NCBI GenBank assembly: GCA_964587325.1
Contig: CAZPLI010000003.1
Location: forward strand, 1-40,905
Origin: an uncultured Thermofilaceae archaeon
GTDB taxonomy: Archaea > Thermoproteota > Thermoprotei > Thermofilales > JAPDKD01
DNA: 40,905 nt
Direction of reading: 5' to 3'
Position numbers and translations under genes: made by a program. Numbering within the stretch: position 1 is the stretch's first letter; each line of letters begins with the position of its first letter. The notes under the pieces are model-generated. The model saw nothing but the letters and a program-made list of their open reading frames with translations. It was not told where the DNA came from and did no database searches. Below, piece by piece: positions 18,697-25,850 of this stretch.

Positions 18697-19437
18697 GTGT
18701 GTGTGTTTAGGCTAGCATCAACAGTAATGTACACTGGGCAGAAGGATGCTGGTAAGCTAAGCATCGCCGAGCAGGTAGGCCTACAAGTCTTAGTAGAAAT
18801 TCCCGCGGCAGTCATCGATACTCTAGGAATAGACGAGATAGTTGACCCCCTTTTGGAGTACAGAGTCAGATTCTGTGGAGTGTCAGTGCTTTCGCCTACT
18901 TTACCATCTACGCTAGTACTCGAGAAAGCAGCAATAGCCGCCGAGGAGCTGGAGGCGAACTACGTCTTAATGAAGATGCAGCGCAAAGAGTTAGACAGGT
19001 TTAGAAAGCTGTCAGACGAACTCTTTGAGATTTTCTCTAGCTATAAGATTGGCTTATGCGTCGAGACCAATCCCGAGAATGCTGCCTCCATTAGGGAGCT
19101 TATCTTAGATAAAATAGGAGGAGTGTTCTGGATAGCACTATCTCCTTCAGAAGATACATCAACTCGAAGGTTTATTGACACTATCTTGTATCTGATGCGC
19201 CTACTAAAAATTATAAAAATGGTTAACTATACGAAGAGGGGGGCATCCTTTATCACGGATGAGGGGAATATAAACTACTACAGCGTCCTAAGGGCTTTAG
19301 TCGAAAATTGCTATGATGGGGTAATTGTACTCGACTATGACTCTAAAGGATTAGATATGTACGGGGAGAAGCTAAGCTATGAAGTTAGCATAATACGTCA
19401 ATATGCAGCGTCATTACCGGGAAGAGACAGAATCTAA
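18697..19437 (+). CDS. Hypothetical protein (weak resemblance to xylose-isomerase-like TIM barrels)
   Basis: Long ORF. The start is uncertain (GTG at 18697 or ATG at 18727). I see no diagnostic motif. Confidence 0.35.
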   Translation: MCVFRLASTVMYTGQKDAGKLSIAEQVGLQVLVEIPAAVIDTLGIDEIVDPLLEYRVRFCGVSVLSPTLPSTLVLEKAAIAAEELEANYVLMKMQRKELDRFRKLSDELFEIFSSYKIGLCVETNPENAASIRELILDKIGGVFWIALSPSEDTSTRRFIDTILYLMRLLKIIKMVNYTKRGASFITDEGNINYYSVLRALVENCYDGVIVLDYDSKGLDMYGEKLSYEVSIIRQYAASLPGRDRI

Positions 19438-19549
19438 TCCATTAGGACGGTCCCAACAACCGGGCTACTTCTCTATTTGCGGCGCTTCGCAGTAAATAGG
19501 CTAGAAAGGCATTAAGGGCCTAATAACGCCCCTTTCTAAGGAAGGTACG

Positions 19550-20398
19550 TTGCGAGCAGGGCGAGGGGCCTTGAAAGTACTTTTCCTGGGTACTGCCTCG
19601 GCTGAGGGCTACCCTGCCACCTTCTGCAACTGTGAGAACTGCAGAAGGGCTAGAGCTAAAGGTGGGAGAAATCTCAGAGCTAGGTCCTCAGTTCTCATAA
19701 ACAACGATCTCTTAATCGACTTCTCTCCTGAGGTTGCCAGTAAAAGCATAGAACTAGGTGTAGAGCTATGGAGAGTTAAAGCCCTGCTGATTACACATTC
19801 TCACGAGGACCATTTTTACCAAGACGAGCTTAGACTGAGAACATGGCCTTTTGCGATCGAACCACCTAAGCGCTTAACTATAATAGGAAGTAAATACGTC
19901 ATTAAAATTATCAGAAGAAAATATAAAGGCAGAATGAGAGAGCTGAGGATGAATACGAAGGCAGTTGATCCCTTTGAGAGCGTCAAGATAAGTGGCTACG
20001 AAATCATACCCTTACCAGCAAATCACGGGTGCGAGCCAAAAGAACAGCCGCTAATATACATTGTGAGGCAGGGGTCAAAGTCTATTCTCTATGCATGTGA
20101 CACGGGACCGCTTCCAGATAGCGTACTTAACTTTTTAGGAGGGCTAAGGCTTGACGCCGTAATAGTTGAAGCTACACTTGGTATACTAAGCTCGAAGATC
20201 TTTCAGTATCATATGGGTTTCGAGGACGTAATTGAGCTTAAGCGGTGGATGGAGAAAGCAGAGATAATAAGTGAGGAAACGCCTTTCATAATTACTCACT
20301 TTTCTCACGTAACATGTCCTCTTCACGAGGAGATGGAAGACGTACTGAAGCCTTATGGGATAACTCCGGCTTATGATGGATTCACTATAGAGATCTGA
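19550..20398 (+). CDS. MBL-fold metallo-hydrolase of the PhnP/PqqB-like subgroup
   Basis: HSHEDH (HxHxDH), plus the N-terminal Cys cluster FCNCENCRRARAKGG that PhnP and PqqB share. The start may be the TTG at 19571 (LKVLFLGT). Confidence 0.7.
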   Translation: MRAGRGALKVLFLGTASAEGYPATFCNCENCRRARAKGGRNLRARSSVLINNDLLIDFSPEVASKSIELGVELWRVKALLITHSHEDHFYQDELRLRTWPFAIEPPKRLTIIGSKYVIKIIRRKYKGRMRELRMNTKAVDPFESVKISGYEIIPLPANHGCEPKEQPLIYIVRQGSKSILYACDTGPLPDSVLNFLGGLRLDAVIVEATLGILSSKIFQYHMGFEDVIELKRWMEKAEIISEETPFIITHFSHVTCPLHEEMEDVLKPYGITPAYDGFTIEI

Positions 20399-20538
20399 CT
20401 GACTGTCCATGAGTTAACAAATTGTTGTTTCTTTATACGACAGTTATGTAGAGGTATCAAATTCGTATTACGTATTCAGTTTCACAGGGTTAGTCTTATT
20501 TAAAGTCCGTGAAGAAGGGAGCGGGGGGTGTATGAGAA

Positions 20539-20967
20539 GTGTCATACAGTTTACTAGAATTTGAGAGCTTCGATCAGCTACTAAAGTATCTCGATGGCAG
20601 AATACAGGACTTAGAGAAGATACATACAGCGTTATCACAGCGTTATCAAGAGCTAAGCGTAAAGGCCGAGAAGCTAAAGAAGTTGGAGGAAGCCTTAACG
20701 CAGCTCGTAGGGGGCGAGGTTAAAGTCATAAGGGAAATAGACTTCATGGGACTTAAAGTTGTAGTAGGTGCCAGGGTCATAGACGAATTAAATGTTGTAG
20801 AAGAAGTCTTATCCTCCGTCAGTGATACGCTAACAGCACTGCGTAAAGTTAGAGACGTAGTTAGCCAGTTAGCTAAGACTGTATCAGGTGGAGAGGAACT
20901 ACGTATACGATTACTTGTAGAAACAATAAATGGGATTCCTGTAAGGATTCTCCTTAGAGAGGCCTAA
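20539..20967 (+). CDS. Hypothetical coiled-coil protein
   Basis: Heptad-like N-terminus (LEKIHTALSQRYQELSVKAEKLKKLEEAL). GTG start. It ends 19 nt before the next gene. Confidence 0.4.
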   Translation: MSYSLLEFESFDQLLKYLDGRIQDLEKIHTALSQRYQELSVKAEKLKKLEEALTQLVGGEVKVIREIDFMGLKVVVGARVIDELNVVEEVLSSVSDTLTALRKVRDVVSQLAKTVSGGEELRIRLLVETINGIPVRILLREA

Positions 20968-20986
20968 GAGAAGCAAGCTAGGTGTA

Positions 20987-23413
20987 GTGATGAAGTGGCA
21001 CTACGTAGCACTAATACTTGTATGCTTAATGCCAACTACGGCTCTAGCGTTACCGTTAGTATACCATAGCAGTATATCGCTGAACGAACGTGTTAATTGT
21101 GCTTGTTGGTTCGACGATAATCTCATTTTAGTCTCAAAGAGGCAAGTCTTCCTACTAGCAAACGACTCTCTCCTTAACTTGTCTACACTCCCCGTCAATG
21201 CTGTTGCGTGCGACGCCGCACCGTCAGCCCGCACATTGTATCTAGTCTCTAGAGAGGGAACTCTCTACTCTCTAGATCTATCAACAGGCAAATTAACCGA
21301 AATCATACAGGTAGCCGATCGAGAGGAAGAGCCGTACAAGCTAGCCGTTTCTAGTGATGGTACGCTAGCTATAGTCGCTATTCGATACAAATACAAGAAT
21401 AAGTTCACTGCTGATAAACTAGTTATTGTCAATATAACCAAAAAGAGCATAATAAAGGTACGCGATGTGGCAAGTACACCTAGACTCGCAAGACTATTTT
21501 CCTTTGAGAGAATGGGTGATTTTCTTGTTGTGCAGACTATAGACACGTTCTGTGAGACCTGCGTCTTTACTGACAACGCCATCGAGGTCTATGATCTGAG
21601 GACAGGACGCATAATCCATAGAAACGTTGTGGGACTGGCCCTGGTAACAGTGGATGAGGCTAACTCGAGAATAGTCGCTGTGCGTCTAAGCAGAGAAAGC
21701 GATGGTACTTATAGAACGCTGGTCATCAACCTAAACACAGGAGGCTTAAAGCTGGGGGGTCGCGTAAATAGTCTGCCTAGAAGCATAGCTGCCAAGAACG
21801 GTCTACTGGCGTTAGTTGCTGATCGCTACAAGCTAGTTTCTCTCACTTATGGCTCTGGAGCAAAGCTAGGCGCGCTCGATCTTTTCGGAGTTACAGGCGT
21901 ATGCTGGCTTGAACTGAGAGGTGACGAGTACCTCGTGGCGGTCGGTAGGCGTAACATAACGGTACTAACCAGAGAGCTCAAATCCATTTGGACGCAAAAG
22001 CCTACTAGATACTCTCCTTCCGAGTCCCCTCGCCTCGTGTGCCGAGGCTCCCGAGCGGTTGTAATATATAATGGCGAGGGCAATGCACGTACAGCGATAA
22101 ATGTTCTCAGGCTCTACGATAGGATCAGGCTCGTTGTAAGAATCCTAAACCCTCAGGGGTCTCCAGTACCTAATGCCACAGTAACGGTGAGAGTTAGAGC
22201 TCGTGAATATGCCCTTAAGACAGATAGAGAGGGGATAGCTATCATTGACGTAGCCCCCGGCAGGATAGCGCTCAAGGTATCAGCAGAAGGTTACGAAGAC
22301 AAGACGGTGGAAGTGGACGCTGTGGAACCCGTTGTGCTACTTGACGTCGTACTGGGAAAGACTCAAAGCGCTAGGCTTACTGTAAAGGTAGAATGGCATA
22401 GTAAACCCCTAGCAGGTGTACGCGTAACGGTTTTCTCAGAAGGCAAGAAGATAGCTGAGGAATTAACCGACGAACGCGGAATCGCAAGTTTTGAGAATAT
22501 GCCAATGTTTAAAGAGCTTAGAATAGTGATATGGAAAAAGGGCTTTGAAAGCGTCGAGCGTAGAATAGTCCTACGCAAGCTTAGTCAAGAAGTTGACTTT
22601 CAGGTCTCACGTAAAGATCTCAGTGTGAAAGTTATCATAAATGATAACAGCGAAAAATGCTTAGTCAAGTTACTGAGCGAGGGCGAGAAGATTAATATTA
22701 CAAAGAGACCCGAAGGCTCTCTCGTAGTATTTAAGGGTCTTAGGGAGGGGTATTACGAGATCAAAGTAATTTGTCCGTGCGGTACTAACTCTTCCGAACT
22801 TGAAGTCGCAAGTAACGTTACTCTCAGAATAAACACCGTAAAGTGCCCTGCAACGGAACGCGGCGCCGACGAGGTACTGGACGAGATAATTCCTAAGCTC
22901 GAAAACGTAGTAGTTTATGCTGGAAGAACGAGTAAAAGGGTTCACAGTGCAAGGCTTACTGCACTCTCGGGGGAGTCTGTCTACTTAGACTTTGTTAACG
23001 CGAGTAAAGTGTATGTACTAGAATTCTTCCATACTAGGTGTTCTGGTTGTGAGGCCTTACTCCCCGTACTTAAAGACATTAAGCGCGCTTATCCAGAAAC
23101 GGTTGAGGTCATTCTAGTATCGGTTGGACTTGGCGAGTCATTGGAAGACTTGGAGGAGTATATTGACAAGCATAGTCTGAGATCTTTTGCTGTTTACATG
23201 GATTATGGAGGAGAATTAAGTAAAAGTCTAGACGTGACAGCTGTACCAACGATTGTTGTAATCTATAGGGGAGAGATAGTCTTTATGGGAGTAGGAGCAA
23301 CATTAGGACTTGTAAGCGGAGAGCATGTGATGGGGGCGTCTGTAGCTATCGCTATAATAATAGTATCCTTTATAATCTGTAGAATAGCCAATAAATTTGC
23401 AGAAAACTACTGA
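20987..23413 (+). CDS. Secreted, C-terminally anchored multidomain protein: signal peptide, beta-propeller-like repeats, carboxypeptidase-regulatory-like beta-sandwich domains and a TlpA/ResA-like thioredoxin domain
   Basis: The signal peptide is MMKWHYVALILVCLMPTTALA. There are repeats of the LYLVSREGTLYSLDLSTGKL type and two modules like GSPVPNATVTVRV...TDREGIA / PLAGVRVTVFS...TDERGIA. The thioredoxin block is YVLEFFHTRCSGCEALLP (CxxC) with a cis-Pro AVPT. The terminal TM helix is VAIAIIIVSFIIC. Confidence 0.65.
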   Translation: MMKWHYVALILVCLMPTTALALPLVYHSSISLNERVNCACWFDDNLILVSKRQVFLLANDSLLNLSTLPVNAVACDAAPSARTLYLVSREGTLYSLDLSTGKLTEIIQVADREEEPYKLAVSSDGTLAIVAIRYKYKNKFTADKLVIVNITKKSIIKVRDVASTPRLARLFSFERMGDFLVVQTIDTFCETCVFTDNAIEVYDLRTGRIIHRNVVGLALVTVDEANSRIVAVRLSRESDGTYRTLVINLNTGGLKLGGRVNSLPRSIAAKNGLLALVADRYKLVSLTYGSGAKLGALDLFGVTGVCWLELRGDEYLVAVGRRNITVLTRELKSIWTQKPTRYSPSESPRLVCRGSRAVVIYNGEGNARTAINVLRLYDRIRLVVRILNPQGSPVPNATVTVRVRAREYALKTDREGIAIIDVAPGRIALKVSAEGYEDKTVEVDAVEPVVLLDVVLGKTQSARLTVKVEWHSKPLAGVRVTVFSEGKKIAEELTDERGIASFENMPMFKELRIVIWKKGFESVERRIVLRKLSQEVDFQVSRKDLSVKVIINDNSEKCLVKLLSEGEKINITKRPEGSLVVFKGLREGYYEIKVICPCGTNSSELEVASNVTLRINTVKCPATERGADEVLDEIIPKLENVVVYAGRTSKRVHSARLTALSGESVYLDFVNASKVYVLEFFHTRCSGCEALLPVLKDIKRAYPETVEVILVSVGLGESLEDLEEYIDKHSLRSFAVYMDYGGELSKSLDVTAVPTIVVIYRGEIVFMGVGATLGLVSGEHVMGASVAIAIIIVSFIICRIANKFAENY

Positions 23414-23515
23414 TTTAGCTTCTCCTTTCTAGTTTCTTAGGAGATAGTCCCACGCGAGCTATATTAGGGCCGACATGAATGTCTCCAGCCAGACAATTTA
23501 GTTGGAGGGAGACCC

Positions 23516-23605
23516 TTGAAGAAGAAGTGGCTCTCCGTGACGATAATACTGATATTCGTGCTATCGACATTGGCTACACTAATATTGCTGTTACTATCGC
23601 CTTGA
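23516..23605 (+). CDS. Candidate 29-codon small membrane peptide (unlisted small ORF)
   Basis: TTG start, LKKKWLSVTIILIFVLSTLATLILLLLSP, then stop. GGAGGG lies 7 nt upstream and the TATA-like GCTATATTAGG about 50 nt upstream. Speculative. Confidence 0.25.
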   Translation: MKKKWLSVTIILIFVLSTLATLILLLLSP

Positions 23606-23688
23606 GCTCACAGTACTAATATCTCACTGACGAGAGCCTAGGCTAAGGCTTAATTAGTCTACTCTAAGCTTGATTAGAGGGGTTGGGC

Positions 23689-24024
23689 ATGGGTGGGCGT
23701 AAGAAGCCCACTCTGTCCCAACTCGAGAAGAGAATGCGAAAGCAGCTTGAGGCCCGTGAAAAGAGAGAGAAAAAGCGGGAAACAACCAGTGTTGAGCCAG
23801 TGATAAGCATCGAGAGAATAGACCTAAATCGGGTAGCAGCAGAAGTTAGCAAAATGCCCTATGTAACACCCTATCTCCTAGCATCCAAATATGGCATAAA
23901 AATTAGTGCAGCTAGGCGAATACTCAAGCAGCTTGTCGATCAGGGAGTACTAAGCGTCTATGATTACAATAGAAGAGTGCCCATCTTCGTGCCCGCTAAA
24001 ACAAGTCCGAAAGGTACCTCTTAG
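23689..24024 (+). CDS. rps25e: 30S ribosomal protein S25e
   Basis: MGGRKKPTLSQLEKR..., then the YVTPYLLASKYGIKISAARRILKQLVDQGVL wH region. I prefer the ATG at 23689 over the TTG at 23683. The TATA-like CTTAATTAG lies about 35 nt upstream. Confidence 0.9.
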   Translation: MGGRKKPTLSQLEKRMRKQLEAREKREKKRETTSVEPVISIERIDLNRVAAEVSKMPYVTPYLLASKYGIKISAARRILKQLVDQGVLSVYDYNRRVPIFVPAKTSPKGTS

Positions 24025-24763
24025 TCTCCATACGTGGTAACTTATCTGTAGCATTGATAACGCCTAACTTTGTTCTCTCTATGTAGCCGAGTTCCAACAG
24101 TCGTCTTATCACTCTTTCAGGGTCTTCAATACCCATGCGTTTCAAATCGAGAGCAAATCTTACTTCACCTACACTCCAGTAGGAGGATAAGTACTCAATA
24201 GCCCTAACCAGGTCTTCATCGAGCTCCCCTAAGCTGGTAGCACTTACCTCGATGGAATGTGACAAAGGCTCAGCAGAGAGTTCTCTAGATTCTCTAGGCT
24301 CTCCTTGCACCTCTCTTCTCTCCCTCAGGGGCTCTGTTCTCTCGTCTTCTTTCGTTTCTCTTTTCTCCTCGAAAAACGATGTTATAGATAGAGATGCTGT
24401 TCTGCGTTTTCTATGCTGTTTTCTAGATGTTTTATGCGTTCTTCGTAGTGAGGGCCTAGCAACGGAGACAAGCGGTAAAAGGCCCTCCCCCTCATGCATC
24501 TCAACTTCTCGGCCTTTCTCAGCGAGCGCTATTACACTGGGTATTTGTAACCCCAGGTCCTTGTCTAACGTTACTTCTTCGCCCAGTGGCTTGGCATACC
24601 CGTCCTCTATCATGTCCCTTACTAGCAAAGTTAAGACCAGCGAACCCACGTGCCTTTGAGAAGCCCACTCCTTTAGATCGTCTAAACTCAGCTCTCCTTT
24701 CCTCTTGAGAAGATCCTTAAGCTCCTCTAGAAGAGCATCATATTCGCTACTCGCCATAGCCAT
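23996..24763 (-). CDS. Hypothetical protein with two winged-helix-like domains joined by a highly charged linker
   Basis: The N-terminal (LSLDDLKEWASQRHVGSLVLTLLVRDMIEDGY) and C-terminal (EVRFALDLKRMGIEDPERVIRRLLELGYIER) wH-like segments flank an RKQHRKRR / EEKRETKEDER linker. Its ATG shares one base with the upstream gene's stop (TAATG). Confidence 0.5.
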   Translation of the reverse strand: MAMASSEYDALLEELKDLLKRKGELSLDDLKEWASQRHVGSLVLTLLVRDMIEDGYAKPLGEEVTLDKDLGLQIPSVIALAEKGREVEMHEGEGLLPLVSVARPSLRRTHKTSRKQHRKRRTASLSITSFFEEKRETKEDERTEPLRERREVQGEPRESRELSAEPLSHSIEVSATSLGELDEDLVRAIEYLSSYWSVGEVRFALDLKRMGIEDPERVIRRLLELGYIERTKLGVINATDKLPRMETKRYLSDLF

Positions 24764-25161
24764 TAGCGCTCCTTTCCTAGGGTCTTCGGTGCTCTGAGAC
24801 TTATAAGCCCTCTGCTAAGTAGCATGTTAAGGAAAACTAATAGTGAAGTCTCAGCTTCTTTCCAGTGAAGCGAGAACTTCTGCGCTAAAGCCTCTACAAG
24901 ACTCTCCACAGTAGCCTCCTTCTCTATCAGCTCCCATACGTAGGAGCCTATTTCGTCTAGCTCTATCTTTTTCTCGCCAGAGGTGAGTAAACCGCTAAAA
25001 AGCCCGCCCGAATCTGTGTGTTCCTTTTTAATCTTCAACACCACTGTGCCATTTTCGTGTTTTTCCGAAACTACTCTGGGATTCTTGATGACTCTACTCT
25101 TTAGCAGCACTTCTTTTGGCAAGGCTGTTTGTTTCTTTCTCTTTTTCCCGAATAAGGGCAT
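24763..25161 (-). CDS. PqqD-family (RiPP recognition element-like) protein
   Basis: KIELDEIGSYVWELIEKEATVESLVEALAQKFSLHWKEAETSLLVFLNMLLSRGLI fits the PqqD/PF05402 pattern (LnetgaeiWellDG..tv.eiv..l...y.v..eea..dv..Fl..L...gli). Confidence 0.7.
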   Translation of the reverse strand: MPLFGKKRKKQTALPKEVLLKSRVIKNPRVVSEKHENGTVVLKIKKEHTDSGGLFSGLLTSGEKKIELDEIGSYVWELIEKEATVESLVEALAQKFSLHWKEAETSLLVFLNMLLSRGLISLRAPKTLGKER

Positions 25162-25188
25162 TAATAGACACCTCTGGTAGCTGTCCGA

Positions 25189-25250
25189 GACCGGTCAGAT
25201 ACCCCAGGACTCGTCATCGGTCTAATGGCATGACTATCCTCATCCCGGTC
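25189..25250 (-). ncRNA. Candidate box C/D sRNA (62 nt)
   Basis: The reverse strand reads GACCGG-G-AUGAGGA(C)-UAGUCAUGCCAU-UAGA(D')-CCG-AUGACGA(C')-GUCCUGGGGUAU-CUGA(D)-CCGGUC. It has a 6-bp terminal stem and 12-nt guides, and sits in an intergenic region. Confidence 0.5.
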
Positions 25251-25310
25251 CCCTAAGTGGAGTAGTGTAAGCACGACTCTTTAATCCTGTCGACGTTTAG
25301 CACTAGGAGT

Positions 25311-25736
25311 ATGAGTAGCGCTGGGAAGAGCCCTATTAGGGGCAAGAGACGTGGCTATAACGCAGAGAGAAGGCTGGTTAAGCTACTATCGAGAAAGCGT
25401 GGCAACTACGTATTCAGAGTCCCTGTAAGCGGTAGCAGGGCTTCGCCTTCTTCTTCTACCGCCTTCCCAGACGTGTTCCTAGTGAATAATGTCGAAGACC
25501 GCATTGTCGCATTTGAAGTTAAGAGCACATCACGAAACAAGGTCAAGGTGAAAAGAGACCAGATACTTAAGCTGTTCAAGTTTTTATCTGCTTTCAAGAA
25601 GTATGCACGCAGGGAAGCTGTAATTGCTGTATGGTTCTCTGGCGAGTGTCGCTGGGTATTCCGTAAGGTAAGAGACCCTCTCTGTTGCGAAGACATCACA
25701 ATTACCGCAGACGAGGAGTCCGACTGGCAGCCCTAG
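25311..25736 (+). CDS. hjc: Holliday junction resolvase Hjc/Hje family
   Basis: GKRRGYNAERRLVKLL...FRVPVSGSR...FPDVFLV...IVAFEVKST...KVKRDQILKLFKF matches the G..ER / SG / PD / ExK archaeal Hjc catalytic layout. Confidence 0.8.
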   Translation: MSSAGKSPIRGKRRGYNAERRLVKLLSRKRGNYVFRVPVSGSRASPSSSTAFPDVFLVNNVEDRIVAFEVKSTSRNKVKVKRDQILKLFKFLSAFKKYARREAVIAVWFSGECRWVFRKVRDPLCCEDITITADEESDWQP

Positions 25737-25746
25737 TTAACGCCGC

Positions 25747-25752
25747 TTTTTT
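25747..25752 (+). terminator. Oligo-T tract after hjc (possible terminator, or T-rich promoter element for the downstream sRNA)
   Basis: A TTTTTT run lies 11 nt after the hjc stop codon and about 26 nt upstream of the sRNA candidate's 5' end. Confidence 0.35.
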
Positions 25753-25777
25753 AGCTGGATTTAGCATATATTACCTA

Positions 25778-25835
25778 GGGGATGAAGACCGCGTTGGTAG
25801 CTGATTCTGTGAGGACAGATGGGCGGCCTGACCCT
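25778..25835 (+). ncRNA. Candidate box C/D sRNA (58 nt), the best-formed of the four
   Basis: GGGG-AUGAAGA(C)-CCGCGUUGGUAG-CUGA(D')-UUCU-GUGAGGA(C')-CAGAUGGGCGGC-CUGA(D)-CCCU. Both D boxes are canonical and both guides are 12 nt. It lies in the convergent intergenic gap between hjc and the presenilin-like gene. Confidence 0.6.
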
Positions 25836-25850
25836 CACAATTTAGACGAT

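Noticed and set aside
20432-20442. Small palindromes and hairpins in intergenic gaps (AACAA-A-TTGTT at about 20432; CCCC-GCA-GGGG at 29001-29011; GCATG...CATGC near 10590).
   Set aside because: The arms are only 4-5 bp. Such features are expected by chance and have no supporting context such as repetition or a defined position relative to promoters.
17577-23665. Short co-linear motifs TAATTAG...CTACTCT occur at both edges of the lower-GC block (17578-17602 and 23651-23665) and could be att-like direct repeats.
   Set aside because: There are only two 7-mers, and the first copy is interrupted by 11 nt. The second copy coincides with the likely S25e TATA box. AT-rich 7-mers recur by chance in gaps of this size, and I found no integrase, no tRNA target and no longer repeat.
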